DNA from: an uncultured delta proteobacterium
GTDB lineage: Bacteria; Desulfobacterota; Syntrophia; Syntrophales; UBA5619
Direction: 5' to 3'
DNA length: 64,000 nt
Assembly (NCBI GenBank): GCA_963817385.1
Contig: CAWFOM010000005.1
Coordinates: 256,001-320,000 of the forward strand
The notes beneath the pieces were generated by a model. The model saw only the letters and a program-made list of their open reading frames with translations. It ran no database searches and was not told the DNA's origin. Numbering within the stretch: position 1 is the first letter of the stretch; every line of letters starts with the position of its first letter. Positions 9,247 through 20,889 of the stretch are shown piece after piece. The position numbers and the translations under genes are program-made.

Positions 9247-12200
9247 ATGATGAAGCCTGATTTAGAACCGCTTGTTGACGGACAGGAAACCGTCCCTTGT
9301 GTTGGCAGTGCGCCCGAAATCCGATGGGACGACGGCCTGGGGTTTCTCACGATCACGGGCGACACGACACCGGGCAATGAATTGTTGAAGCTGATTGCGG
9401 AGCGCATCCGGGTGGCGGCCCATCATTTGCACCTGACGCGGGATGATTTATTTCGCATTTTTAGCCGCCACAGCATTTTTGAGGGGGAAGCGGACGAACC
9501 CGGTGTCGGAGGAAAAACCAGCTTCATCCTGGTCGAGACGCATCATCTGATTCAGGGCCGAGTGGGCAAAGGGGCGTTAAAACTCGTCTTCCCGCAGGAT
9601 CTTTTGGGCCAAGAGAGCCACTTTCAGGAATCGGAACCCGGCGTGGTGGAGGTGGTTCGGCCGCCAGGCATGGCCCGCTGGACCAAGGCGGCCGAAGCGG
9701 AGGCATTGGTCAAACGGGCCATGCGCGAATTTATGACGGGTGAAAGCCTGAGCATGAGTCTGAAAAGCCAGGCAACGGGTGCACCCTTTGCCGGCAGCGA
9801 AGGATTGATGTTGTGCGCAGCGCGGGAATTTGATGAGGCCAGCGGGCGTTACCGGCTGAAATCCCTGCTCAAGGGGGGGGAGGAGAATGCGCGGGAAGAC
9901 AAGGAGTTGATTGAACGGATGATGAACGGCGCTGCCGAAATGCTCACACGCGCCCAACGGATCGCGTATGACAAAATCGTTCACGCCGCTGAAACCAATA
10001 CCACTTTGGCCGCCCGGCTCGGTCTGCAGCTCGCCACCAATGTGGTGGAGGGGCATCTGCGGACCTTGCTTACCAGCGATCCCGTTATCATCATCGGAGA
10101 CGAGGATATGACGGCACGGCTGCGGGAGATCCTGGAACGAAAAAAATACTCGCCAACTGTGTGCGCTTTGGCCCGCGCTGCCGCAAAAATGCAAATGGAA
10201 CATGAAATCATGCTGCCGGAATCGCGGGATCAACTCCGGGATCTTCTCCATACACTGCCCAGCGAGGGATCCCCAACGCCTGCGCAATATCGGGCCTTGA
10301 TGGAATTGCTATTCGGGACCGGAGAGCGCCAGCAGAAGGAGGACAAACTTTATCATCATCGGGAGCCGATTTTGCGGGCGCTGTCGGTCGCGTTATCCAC
10401 ACGCTGCCTGGATGAATGCGGCGAACCCAGCGTGTTGGCGCTTTACCTGACGACACTGCTGGATAACCAGTGGATCATGATGGAACGGGCGCTGGCCCGC
10501 CTGATGCCGCCCGGACAGGCGCTGCCGGTGGGCTGGTTCGACCGTTACATCCTGCTCTCATCGGAAGAGCAGGAAGCGCTGGCGGCGCACATGCCATCCC
10601 CCGGCATCAGCAGGGAGGACCTCAAAGAGAAATTTTGGAGTGTAGTAAGCCTGCTGTGCGAAGCCAGGGACCGGGTGACAGAGCGCATGCCCGATCTCTA
10701 TCGGCAGGCACGGGCGGAAGTCCTGGAGCGCGCCATTCAAGCCATCACCGCCACCGGAGAGGTGGTGCCGACCGTTCAGAGAATCGTGTTTTTCACTCTG
10801 CCCCTGGCCTACGAGTGTGCGACCCCGAAACTCGGCGTGGTTACCCGCAAGCCTGTGGAGATTTGCGGCTCCGAACTGAGGTCGGAAGCAATGGCGCAGG
10901 GGGCCATGATGGCGGTCGAAATCCTTTTGAAAAAACTCACCGGCAAAACAAAACCCTTGGAGGGGATGACGGTTGCCATCGAGGGATTGGGCAACGCCGG
11001 GAAGAACATGGCCAACCTCATGGTGCAAAAAGGCGCCACGATTCTGGCCGTCAGCGACAGCCGGGGGGCGGTCATCAGCCGGGACGGCTTTTCCCGACAG
11101 GAGCTGGCCGCGATAATCGCGCATAAAAACTCCGGCAAGCGGTTCGATTCCATTCTGGCGAGCCCGGTGATCCGCATGCTCTCTTCAAAACAGCACGCCG
11201 CCCTGGTCTATCACCCGGATCCCGCAGAGCTCAAGAAGGTCACCGCTGATATCCTGGTCCTCACGGCCATTCCCGCTTCCATCCGCGGGGATAACGTCCG
11301 GGAACTTCGCGTCAAAGTGATTTGCGAATTGACGGGCGCCGCCGTGTCAGGAGATGCGAAACAAATCCTCAAGGAGCGTGGCATTCAGGTCATTCCTGAC
11401 AACCTGGCCAGTTCCGGTGGATTATTGGTGTCCCTGTCGGAAATGCTCCAAAACAGCTTGGGGCAGGTGTGGGACCGCCACCTTGAGGAAGACAATTTGT
11501 ATCAGCAGCTTGAGCGCAGTTACGAGGCGGTCTGGGTTGTGACTGAACGCTATGATCTGGATTTGGCCACCGCATCCGACATTCTGGCCCTGCAACGTAT
11601 GCACGATCTGGCCATTTACCGCGAACACCTGGAAAACCTGTCCGCTCAGCTCGCGGAGCGGATCCGGCTCATCCGCGCGGATGAACGCGTGTTAATCCTT
11701 TCCGACAATGACGAAGACGGGGTGGCCTCGGCGGCCATCATGCACCGGATGATCACCTGCCTGAATCCTGGTGTGAAAGACCGGATCATCCATTTGAACG
11801 AGTCGTTTCGCTCCCCAATCGTGCCGGACCTCATACAACAAATGCAAGACACAGACATGCCGGTGAGACAGGTCTTCGCGCTGGACCGTGCATTTCCCAT
11901 CGACGAACCGGGACGAACCTATGTGGCCCGGGTGGCGGACCGATGCCAGGTGACGCTGGTCAACAATCATGAACTGCCCGCGCCTCTGCTTGAACAGGAA
12001 CCATGCGCCGCCTCCGAGGTCGGCACTGGACACAACTACGAACCTGAAGCCTTGGGTATTTTGCATATCTCCCCGCAAACGCTGAAATCCACCGTACCCG
12101 CCAACCAATTTCCCACCGCGATGATCCTGAAAGAAATCGCTACGCTGCTGATCCGCGACGAACAGGTGTTAAATCAGATCGCCTGGCAGGCGGCCGTAGG

Positions 12201-12879
12201 CTGCTGTCTGGATGCGGCCATTGAAACAACCAGTGAATGGCGATTATTCTATAGTCGGTTCAATCCGGACCGAACACTGGAGGCTGCCCGGGCCTTGCGG
12301 ATGATTACCCGTGCAAACGGGTATTTGCAGTCCGTTCAGACGTTATTGGGGGTTGATCGTCCCGATCAACTGGAGACGCATGAAGTTTGGGAACGTTGCA
12401 TGGCGGCTTACCGCATCCTCAACGAGCGGGTGCTGGTGCTTGTCGAGAGAATCGTACTGGAAAATCGCGGACGGGCATTTGCAAGCCACTTTTTCACCCA
12501 GGACGAAGTGGCCTCACCAACGCCCATCGCCGGAAATGAAAACAACGAACTGGATTTCTACCACTGGATTTCGGAACATCTGACCCAGCGCGGGGATTGG
12601 TCGGAAAAGCCGATCATTGTCGGGCAAGTCGTGACAGATTTCCGCGGACGCCGGTGCGTGGGTGTGAGAATTCGCAGCCCGCACGGAGTGGATCTCATGA
12701 AAGCAGGCTTGCCCGAATATTTTACGACCGGTGGCTTGCCTAATACGGCGATTGCCAGGATACTGCTGGAATCCACCCAGGCTCCACAGCAGGTATTCCA
12801 AAATATCGTGGATAAAATTTGGATGAAGACCACCCGTGTTTCAGCGCTAACGCCGCGGGAAGATATCGACCAAAATTGA
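9247..12879 (+). CDS. degenerate Glu/Leu/Phe/Val dehydrogenase-like protein fused to a C-terminal DHH-phosphoesterase-like domain
   Basis: Altered GDH motifs (GAPFAGSEG, VTRKP, IEGLGNAG, VIPDNLASSGG); C-terminal ILSDNDEDGVASAAI, FALD, VNNHE. Confidence 0.75.
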   Translation: MMKPDLEPLVDGQETVPCVGSAPEIRWDDGLGFLTITGDTTPGNELLKLIAERIRVAAHHLHLTRDDLFRIFSRHSIFEGEADEPGVGGKTSFILVETHHLIQGRVGKGALKLVFPQDLLGQESHFQESEPGVVEVVRPPGMARWTKAAEAEALVKRAMREFMTGESLSMSLKSQATGAPFAGSEGLMLCAAREFDEASGRYRLKSLLKGGEENAREDKELIERMMNGAAEMLTRAQRIAYDKIVHAAETNTTLAARLGLQLATNVVEGHLRTLLTSDPVIIIGDEDMTARLREILERKKYSPTVCALARAAAKMQMEHEIMLPESRDQLRDLLHTLPSEGSPTPAQYRALMELLFGTGERQQKEDKLYHHREPILRALSVALSTRCLDECGEPSVLALYLTTLLDNQWIMMERALARLMPPGQALPVGWFDRYILLSSEEQEALAAHMPSPGISREDLKEKFWSVVSLLCEARDRVTERMPDLYRQARAEVLERAIQAITATGEVVPTVQRIVFFTLPLAYECATPKLGVVTRKPVEICGSELRSEAMAQGAMMAVEILLKKLTGKTKPLEGMTVAIEGLGNAGKNMANLMVQKGATILAVSDSRGAVISRDGFSRQELAAIIAHKNSGKRFDSILASPVIRMLSSKQHAALVYHPDPAELKKVTADILVLTAIPASIRGDNVRELRVKVICELTGAAVSGDAKQILKERGIQVIPDNLASSGGLLVSLSEMLQNSLGQVWDRHLEEDNLYQQLERSYEAVWVVTERYDLDLATASDILALQRMHDLAIYREHLENLSAQLAERIRLIRADERVLILSDNDEDGVASAAIMHRMITCLNPGVKDRIIHLNESFRSPIVPDLIQQMQDTDMPVRQVFALDRAFPIDEPGRTYVARVADRCQVTLVNNHELPAPLLEQEPCAASEVGTGHNYEPEALGILHISPQTLKSTVPANQFPTAMILKEIATLLIRDEQVLNQIAWQAAVGCCLDAAIETTSEWRLFYSRFNPDRTLEAARALRMITRANGYLQSVQTLLGVDRPDQLETHEVWERCMAAYRILNERVLVLVERIVLENRGRAFASHFFTQDEVASPTPIAGNENNELDFYHWISEHLTQRGDWSEKPIIVGQVVTDFRGRRCVGVRIRSPHGVDLMKAGLPEYFTTGGLPNTAIARILLESTQAPQQVFQNIVDKIWMKTTRVSALTPREDIDQN

Positions 12880-13001
12880 GGTTCATCCGGTTTTTGCGTA
12901 TTTGCGAATTTAAATCAGTAGAGCTAAATACTGATCAATTGGTGAAACTTTACTCAAAATCATCTGTCCGAAGCGGCTTGGAGCTGGAGTCGGGACATTA
13001 C

Positions 13002-15398
13002 TCAGCGGGGCGCGAGCGTCTGCTCCGTTTCGGCGTGTTTCGCGATCTCGCGGTCGCTGAACCACCAGTACCGCTTTTCCCCGTTCATGAAGGGTTCGAC
13101 CTGGTCCCGGTAGTGGCGGGTGAACTGGCGCCCGGAGACGCCGCCGGAAAGGACCGCCAGGATCTTGTCGCCGTCGCCGAGATCGGCGACCATTCGCAGG
13201 GAGGCGGACAATGTCACGGCATCCGGCCGGTTGGGATCGTAGCTCGCCCGGTAGAGGGTCTCCTGTGAACCGTCCATGGGATGGGGCCCGCTGCCCAGAA
13301 ACGCGCTCCCCACCCCCTCCCGCCGGAGGGGCGAAACGAACGTGATCCGGTGATGATCGCCCCAGCGCCATTTTGCCGGGTTTCCCTCCCCGGCGGCCTT
13401 CATTTCGGCCAGCACTTCGCGGGCGGCGCGGCGGAAGATCCCGTCCCTTCCCCCCTTTCCCGAAGCGCCCGGCTCGCCGAACCAGGGCGACGCACCCTCC
13501 CGGACCATCCTCTGGAGGCGCTCCTCCCAGAAATACCAACTGCCGATCATCGCCCGGGCGAGTTCGTCTCCCAGTTCATCCCGAAAGACGTCAAGCGCGA
13601 ACCGTTCATAGACCCGGTGAAAAACCAGCGGCGCCGCTTGATCGGCGCGGTCCCGAAAGTCCCATCGTTCAAGGAGCCTTCCCAGCTCCGCGGTATCCGG
13701 ATGGCTAAGGAGCGCCTGCGCCATGATCGGGGCGATCTCGCGAGCCATGACGTTCAGCTCGTCGCGCTGGAGCGCCCAGTGGTCGTCGACTGATTTCTTC
13801 CCCGGCCGGTCCATCACCTCGGCGAGCCGCCGGTAGCGGTAGGAAGGGGAGACATGCGAGGTGTAGTAATAGGGATAGTCGCTCGGGACCGTATAATGGT
13901 TGCAGGTCCCCAGCCAGCCGCGGGGGGGATCGATGCTTCCCGGCATCTTGTCGGAGGGGATCCACCCCTGCCAGTTGTCGACGCCGTCAGTCACCGCGAA
14001 GGGAACCGTCCCGTCGCCGCGGGTGCGGATGGGCAGACGCCCCGAGGTCTGCCAGCCGATCCCGCCGTCCACGTCGGCAAAGACGAAATTGAGCATGACC
14101 GTCGTGATCTCCCGGATTGACTTGCGCAGATCGCTCGCGGATTTCGCGTTGAGGATCCCGTCCTGGCCGAGCGAAGGCGCCATCGTCTCGAACGGCGACC
14201 AGCGGACGGTGAGCACCCGGGGGCTCTTCAGGCCGGGGAGGAGATCCGTCACCACCGGCCCCCTCCGGGTCAGGCGGATCACGATATTCTCCTCCCGGAA
14301 ACCTCCCGGGGCCTTCCCGTCCCTGATCCGCAGGGTCTCGCGGATGACTTCGAAGGGGACGGACTTCTTCCCCTCAAGATAGTTTGCCGGATTGGCCGGA
14401 TCGACGGTCTCGACATAGAGGTCCTGGGCATCGCCGTAAGAATTGGTGATCCCGATCGCGATGTGCTCCGTCCGCCCCACGACCATCCCCGGAATGCCGG
14501 GGATCGTCACGCCGACCGCCCGCAGACTCGGTGTGATGAGTCCCGTGGGGTACCAGGGGCCGGGGAGGATCCGGGCGTCGAGGTGAGGATCGTTGGCGAG
14601 GACCGGCTTTCCGCTTGCCGAACGGGCGCCGCCTGTAACCCAGTTGTTGCTTCCGATCCGCAACGAGCCATCCGTCTCCTTGAGAAGGGCCAGGAGCGCC
14701 CCATCGCCGGCAAGAGGGATCGGCGACCCGCCGGAGGCGCGCTGCGGACGGGGTTCCGCCGGGCGGGGGTCATCAGGATTGACATTGAGGGGAAAGAGCT
14801 CCCGCGCCCTCGCCTCGCCCAGCTTTTCGAGAAGCATCTGGGCGATAACCTCCGTTTCCAGATTCGCCGCGGAATTCCAGCCCATGTAGTAGAGAACCGC
14901 CAGGGAGTCGGCGACGGACCAGGGCTCCGGCTTGATCCCGGCCAGGCGGAATTCCAGGGGAAGGTCATCTCCGCGGGCGATGAAGGCGTTGACGCCCTCG
15001 ACGTACCTTTGAAAGTGCCGCTTTGTCCGCTCGTCGAGGATTGTTTCATGCCTCTTGGCGTGGCGCAGGAAGCCGATGGTCCGCATCAGGGCGTCGATCT
15101 TCTTCCCCTTCTCGCCGACCAGCTCCGAGATCCGCCCGGAAACCAGAAGCCTCGTCACCTGCATGGGAAACAGACGGTCCTGGGCTGTGACGAATCCCTG
15201 CGCCCGCAGGAGGTCCTCCTCATCGGCCGCATGGATGTAGGCCATCCCCTTCTCGTCCCGGACGACCCTGACCTCCCCGGCGAGGCCGGAGAGGACCAGC
15301 CGTCCCTTCCGCTGAAAATCGTTGAGGCGGGGCAACCCCAGCACCGCCGCCAGGGAGAGGAGGAGAACCGCGGCTACAATCCACTTGAACCATCCCAT
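13002..15398 (-). CDS. penicillin acylase family protein (Ntn hydrolase)
   Basis: AQGFVTAQDRLF, GSNNW catalytic Ser and LANDPHL motifs; N-terminal hydrophobic anchor. Confidence 0.92.
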   Translation of the reverse strand: MGWFKWIVAAVLLLSLAAVLGLPRLNDFQRKGRLVLSGLAGEVRVVRDEKGMAYIHAADEEDLLRAQGFVTAQDRLFPMQVTRLLVSGRISELVGEKGKKIDALMRTIGFLRHAKRHETILDERTKRHFQRYVEGVNAFIARGDDLPLEFRLAGIKPEPWSVADSLAVLYYMGWNSAANLETEVIAQMLLEKLGEARARELFPLNVNPDDPRPAEPRPQRASGGSPIPLAGDGALLALLKETDGSLRIGSNNWVTGGARSASGKPVLANDPHLDARILPGPWYPTGLITPSLRAVGVTIPGIPGMVVGRTEHIAIGITNSYGDAQDLYVETVDPANPANYLEGKKSVPFEVIRETLRIRDGKAPGGFREENIVIRLTRRGPVVTDLLPGLKSPRVLTVRWSPFETMAPSLGQDGILNAKSASDLRKSIREITTVMLNFVFADVDGGIGWQTSGRLPIRTRGDGTVPFAVTDGVDNWQGWIPSDKMPGSIDPPRGWLGTCNHYTVPSDYPYYYTSHVSPSYRYRRLAEVMDRPGKKSVDDHWALQRDELNVMAREIAPIMAQALLSHPDTAELGRLLERWDFRDRADQAAPLVFHRVYERFALDVFRDELGDELARAMIGSWYFWEERLQRMVREGASPWFGEPGASGKGGRDGIFRRAAREVLAEMKAAGEGNPAKWRWGDHHRITFVSPLRREGVGSAFLGSGPHPMDGSQETLYRASYDPNRPDAVTLSASLRMVADLGDGDKILAVLSGGVSGRQFTRHYRDQVEPFMNGEKRYWWFSDREIAKHAETEQTLAPR

Positions 15399-15539
15399 CG
15401 TTTCACCTTTTTTCGCCGCCGCTTCCGGGATCCAAAACCCTTCACGTCCGGCTCTTTGTTTTTCACCAAATACGTTATTGCCATCAGGATGAACAAAGCG
15501 GATGTGGGAACGTTGTAATCACCCGCGGCAACCTCCCAA

Positions 15540-15836
15540 CTAACGCAGGTAACGATCGATTTCGAGAGCCCCATGAAAGACGCCGAGGATGTCGATACTC
15601 CCATCCGGCTTGATGAGATAGGCGATTCGATAATGGCCATAGAGGAGAATACGGATGTTCAAATCAGGATAACGATCGTAGCGGTGTCCGATTTCCGGAA
15701 ACCTTTGCAGCAACTGCGCTTTTTCATATATGCCTTCAACGACCCGGCGGGCGGCTTCCGGCTTGTCTGCGGCAATATAGGCGAAAATATCCCGCAACCA
15801 TTGTTCGGCCTCGGCCGTCCATTTTATTGCTGCCAT
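15540..15836 (-). CDS. type II toxin-antitoxin RelE/ParE family toxin
   Basis: IKWTAEAEQWLRDI...FPEIG...YRIAY...ILGVFHG pattern. Confidence 0.85.
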   Translation of the reverse strand: MAAIKWTAEAEQWLRDIFAYIAADKPEAARRVVEGIYEKAQLLQRFPEIGHRYDRYPDLNIRILLYGHYRIAYLIKPDGSIDILGVFHGALEIDRYLR

Positions 15837-16009
15837 AGCCGGATTCTTCGTTTCATCTCTTCGTTGCCGATCGTTCGGTTTTCCCGGGAATCGTCGAGTC
15901 CCCGTTCCACCATGCGTGCAAATTTCAATTCACGCAAGATGTCGTCAAATGTGCTGTCGTCGGGTTGGGCTTCGATAATGCTGGTTATCTGTTCCTTTGC
16001 CGAAAGCAT
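15824..16009 (-). CDS. putative antitoxin paired with the RelE/ParE toxin
   Basis: 61-aa ORF overlapping the toxin start; AKEQ...PDD...ERGLDD pattern. Confidence 0.75.
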   Translation of the reverse strand: MLSAKEQITSIIEAQPDDSTFDDILRELKFARMVERGLDDSRENRTIGNEEMKRRIRLWQQ

Positions 16010-16079
16010 TTTTTCACCCCTCCTTTGTTTCTCCGAACTTTGTTACTCATTCCCACGATGAGGATTATAACGAATCTCT

Positions 16080-19000
16080 CTCTTGGTAGCAATTTTTTCT
16101 CCACAAGCCGGATCTCTGCCTCCGTGAGATTGTAGAGGTCATAGACGAGGCGGTCGATCCGGCGGTCGGCGGCGTCGATCTGGCGCTTGAGGTTCGTCCG
16201 TTCGTGGTCCGTCCGGGCGGCGGCGAGCTGCCGGTGGAGGGCGAGCATCTCCTCGACCAGGGCGACCATCCGGTCGTGGCGCTCCCGGTCCGCCGGGTCG
16301 GCGAAGTCGATGGGGCGGATGGGAAGCTGCTCGATGATATTGCGTGTTCGCAGCCAGATATCCGCCACGAAAGTGGTCGCGATACGCTTCAGATAAAAAT
16401 CGAGCAAGCGGAGAGTTCAACAGACCGCAGAAGATAAGGCAGACTGACTCGCGGGATGATCGGAGTGATACCGTAGCCGCCCGTCGTACGTTGATGAAGT
16501 AGAATGACCGGCGTCGATCGAGATAAGCGATGCCACGTCTGGTGATAATATACTGGAACGATGAGCTTGGGCTGCTCCCATAATCGTCATGATTCTGCGA
16601 TCGCCCATAACGCATACCACTGATCATCTTTGAATTTGCCTTTTTCACGATCCTTCAAGGAGCTGTTTTATTGCCGTTCAGATAGGCCCACGTCCAGGGG
16701 ATAACGTCGCTGTCATCTCTTCGGTTGAATAAGCTGCAGCGTTATCTCTGACATTCATAGGGAAAAAGAACCAGCGCCGATGGATCGGCCTCATATCGGT
16801 GGATGCGACCGCTGACGGATAACCGGCTTCAGGATACTTCATTCGATAGCCATCCATTGATCCAGTTCCTTCGATAGGACTCAGTTGATCAGTTTCCGTC
16901 CCTGTCGGAACGATCCTTCAAAAGATAAACACGTATCGCGCTGGTTGTAGGCCCTCGAAACATTCATCCGCCACATCCCCCAGTTTCACCGGCATCCGGC
17001 GGAGTTTTTCGAAGAGGTCGGCGCCGCGGCCGACGGTGAAGTTCCACTCGGCGGCGGTGATACTCGCTGCGGGGATGGCGCCCTCGGTCCCCTCGCCGGT
17101 CTTTTGCCAGGCCTCCAGATCGTCCACCTTCGTGAAGCGGCAGGCCTCGGCGCCGGACTTTTCCAGAAAGAGCAGGCAGGTGTAGGTCGTTGCCCCGGAG
17201 AAGACCTGGGCATCGCCGAAATGGACGACCCCGGCCAGATGCTTGCCCTTCGCCAGGAGATCGCGCAGGGGCTCGCCGTACTGGGCGTTGAAGAACTTGT
17301 GGGGCAGGATGAAGCCCAGGCGGCCTTTCTCGTTCAGAAGCCCGAGCCCCTTTTCGACGAAGACCATGTAGATGTCGTAGTTCCCCTTCCCGGCGGCGGC
17401 AAAGGCGGTCTTGTAGAACTCCACCTCCAGGGGCGCCCACTCCTTCATCGTCTGGATGCGGATGTAGGGCGGGTTCCCGATCACGGCGTCGAAGCCGCCT
17501 TGGTCACGCTCCGGCGTCGTCCCGCTCCGGCCGCCCGTTTTTCCCGACGTGACGACCTGCGGCCGGCTGCGGCGGCAAAGACCTCCGGAAATTCCGTTTC
17601 CCAGTCGAAGACGTTGATCCGGTAGCGATCCTCATCGCCAAGAAGATCGGGCAATGTGCCGTCGTAGAAGTCCGGGCCGATGAGGGAGTTTCCGCAGCGG
17701 ATGTTCCCGGAGAGATCGGGCAAGGCCCGCTCGTGGAAGAGCTTGAGCTGGTTCATGAGGGTCTCGCCGCTCTCCCCCTCCAGGACCTTGAGGAGGAGCG
17801 AGAGCTTCGTCACCTCGACGGCCTGGGGATCGATGTCCACGCCGAAGATGCTGTTGAGGAGGATCCGTTTCCGCTCCGCCGTGGTCAGGCGCCATTCGCC
17901 CCCGGCGGCCTGATAGAGGACGGGCTTCTTGCCCTTCGCCCGCTTCTCCGGCCCGCCCTCGACGTACCGGTCCCGGTACCAGTCCAGAAGGTGCTGGTAG
18001 GCCTGGATGAGAAACGATCCGGAGCCGCAGGCGGGGTCGAGGATCCTTGAGCCTGTCGGCCTGCGCGGGCGTCCGGCCGGCGAGCAGCTTGCCGACGGTC
18101 CCGCTCGACGATGTAATCGACGATGTACTTCGGGGTGTAGAAGACGCCGCCCGCCTTCTTCACCTCCGGCTTGTCCTCCACCTTCGCCTGGTGGCCGGCG
18201 GTAAGGCGGATCACCTTGCCGAGGAACTGCTCGTAGACCCGGCCGAGGATGTCGGCGGGGAGCACGGAGAATTCATAGGGGGAATCGGGATAGTAGAGGC
18301 CGCGGAAGATCTCCTTGAGCGTCTTGTCGTCGATGGCCAGATTGAGGGTGAGGTTGTCCGGCGGCGCCGGGCGGTCCTTCTCCGGCCGGAAGTGAAAGAG
18401 GCCGGAGTTGTACCGGTCGTCGGCCCGGTAGAAGATCTCGACGAGACGGGCGTAAACGCCGGCGCCGTTCAGGAGGCCCTGCAACTGGCCGTACGGCTCG
18501 ATCCCGCGGTCCTCGCAGATCCTGAGGAAGATGATCCGGTTGATCGTCAGCGTCACGGCGGTGTTGAGCTCCCGCTGGCTGAGGTCCGGGTTCCGGAGCG
18601 CGATGTTCCGGGCGAGGAGATCCCGCCAGGATTCGATTTCCCTGAGGAAGGCCTCGTCCACGCCGGCGGTGCCCTTCTTCAGGCGGCTTGATTCGGCGTA
18701 CCGGTCGAAGGAGCCTTTGAGGACGGCCTCCTTGGCGAAGATCGCGGCGATCTCGTCCCAGCGGGCGGCATACTCCCGGAAGGTGAAGTACAGGATCGCG
18801 GGCGGTCGGAGGCCCGGTCGGTCTGATCCGGCTTGATCCGGCAGTCGTAGACGGCGAACTCCTCGAAGTCGGTGAGGATGGAGAGCGGCAGCCCGGCGGA
18901 CCAGGCGTAGCGGCGAAGCTGGTAGGCGGGGGCGGCGTCCTCGGCGATGTCGGACGGACGGGCTTCTTCGCCTCGACGAAGAATTTCCGCGTCCCGCCGA

Positions 19001-19252
19001 TCCGGAAGCAGTAGTCCGGGGCCTTCACCGCGCCGCCGATCCGGATGGCGTCCTCGTGGATCACGTCCTTGTAAGCCTCGGCGTTGCCTGCCGTATTGTC
19101 CAGATCCCAGCCCAGCGCTTTGAAGAAGGGATCGATGAACTCGCGGCGGAGCTGGGTCTCGTTGTAGTCCCGGAGGTGTAACGCATCGCGAGGTTCTCCT
19201 GAAACCGTTCGACACAACGATTCACCTGACGATGCCCGGAGGGAGCGCGCAT
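16080..19252 (-). CDS. Type IIG-like (Eco57I/TaqI-like) restriction-modification enzyme with fused endonuclease and N6-adenine MTase; multiple frameshifts; ends approximate
   Basis: NETQLRREFIDPFF; PDY...VEAKKP nuclease; YNSGLF; GVFYTP; DPACGSGSF; FDAVIGNPPY; C-terminal QIDAADRRIDRLVYDLYNLT helix. Confidence 0.8.
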
Positions 19253-19422
19253 GAACCGTCGTTCCTTTCACATCGCACGAGGGTCTCAATGCCCGGTCGA
19301 CGACTCTTGCCATCAGTATTTCAATCATTCAATATCTTGCAGTTATTGTCAATCTTTCTCTACGATCGCTAAGATCTCTTCCTCTGTCCGGCTTGTAGAG
19401 CTCATAGCATATTGCACAAAAG

Positions 19423-20830
19423 TCATGACTTTTCCGCAAAGCCCTGCACACCGGCCGCGGCCTCCTCGCCGGCGATATAGCCGGTGGAGAAGGCCGCCTG
19501 GAGGTTGTAGCCCCCCGTGTCGGCGTCGAGGTCCATCACCTCCCCGCAGAAGAAAAGACCGGGGACGAGGCGGGAGGCCATCGTCCGGGGGTCGATCTCC
19601 TTGAGCGACACTCCGCCGGCCGTGACGATGGCGGAGGAGATGGGGAGGGGACCTTTGATGTTGAACCGGAGCGACTTGAGGAGGGCCAGGAGCCGCTCCC
19701 GCTCCGCGGCGCTGATCTGATGCCCCGGCCGCTCCGGGGGAATGCCGGTCATCTCGACAAAGGGGTCGACCATCTTGTGGGGGAGGAGCCCGGCGAGGAG
19801 ATTGCGGAATCCCCGCTTGCCGGACCGGTCGAAGTCGCGCTGGAGGCGGATGCGGAGCTCTTCCGGCGTGAGGGCCGGCTTCAGATCGATGGAGACGCTG
19901 ACCGGCCCTTCCGCCAGGGCGTCCACGATGGAAAGACTCATCAGGAGCGTGATCGGCCCGCCGATCCCGAAATGGGTGAAGAGCATCTCCCCCATCCGGC
20001 TCTCGATGACCGGCCCGCGCCGCCGTTTCGCATCGATCCCCCGGCCGATATCCTTCGCCGGGGTGAGGGCGGGGTCGATCTGCTCCGCCGGCAGGCGGAA
20101 GGCGGTCAGGCGGACGTTCCGGAGGCTCACCCCCTGCATCGATTTCGCCCGTTCGACCTCCTGCGACGACGAGCGGCACCAGGGCCGGACGGAGTTTCGT
20201 GACGGTATGGCCGAGGGCGGCCGCCATCCGGTAGCCGTCGCCGGTGGAACCGGTTGCCGGCCAGGTGACGCCGCCGGTTGCGAGGATCACGGCAGGGGCG
20301 AAAAGCAGGCCTTTCTCCGTCCGGACCCCTTCGACGCGGCCGTCGCGGAGGGCGATCCCGGTTGCACGGACGCCGGTCCTGAGATCGACTCCGTGATCCG
20401 TCAGGTAACGCCGGAAGGCATTCACGATATCCGCCGCATCGTCGGAGACGGGGAAGATCCGCCCGCCGCGTTCGACCTTCGTCTCCACACCGTAACGCCT
20501 GAGGAAGGCGAGGAGGTCATCCCGGAAGTACCGGCGGAAGGCGCCGTGGAGGAATCGGCCGTTCGGACCGTACATGCCGATGAATAGGTCGAGCTCCCGG
20601 GCGTTCGTCAGGTTGCAGCGGCTCTTCCCGCTGATGAGGATCTTCTTTCCCGGTCCATCCGTCTGTTCGAGGAGGAGGACGTTTGCTCCCCTCTCCGCCG
20701 CCCGACCGGCGGCCATCATCCCGCCGGCGCCGGCGCCGATGACGATCACGCGGCGCGTATCCTCCGTCCCCGAGACGTCACTCGGCGAAGCGGAAGCAAA
20801 ACGGTTTGCAGCCCGTCTGCATGTCGTCAT
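19423..20830 (-). CDS. HI0933/BaiN-family NAD(P)/FAD-dependent flavoprotein (frameshift near 20160)
   Basis: GAGAGGMMAA, GKKILISGKSRCNLTN, TGSTGDGY, LFTHFGIGGP, VTAGGV and GGYNLQAAFSTG motifs; AGGAGG RBS before 20830. Confidence 0.9.
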
Positions 20831-20889
20831 AGTCCTCCTGCCATGCCGCCATTGAGGAAACGGACGATCCCGTAAGGCCGCCGGCGTCA

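Noticed and set aside
17500..17585. GC-rich segment between FPEVF and GGFDAVIGNPPY in the R-M gene as an inserted element
   Set aside because: This loop varies in length in such enzymes, and no clear terminal repeats or hairpins are visible
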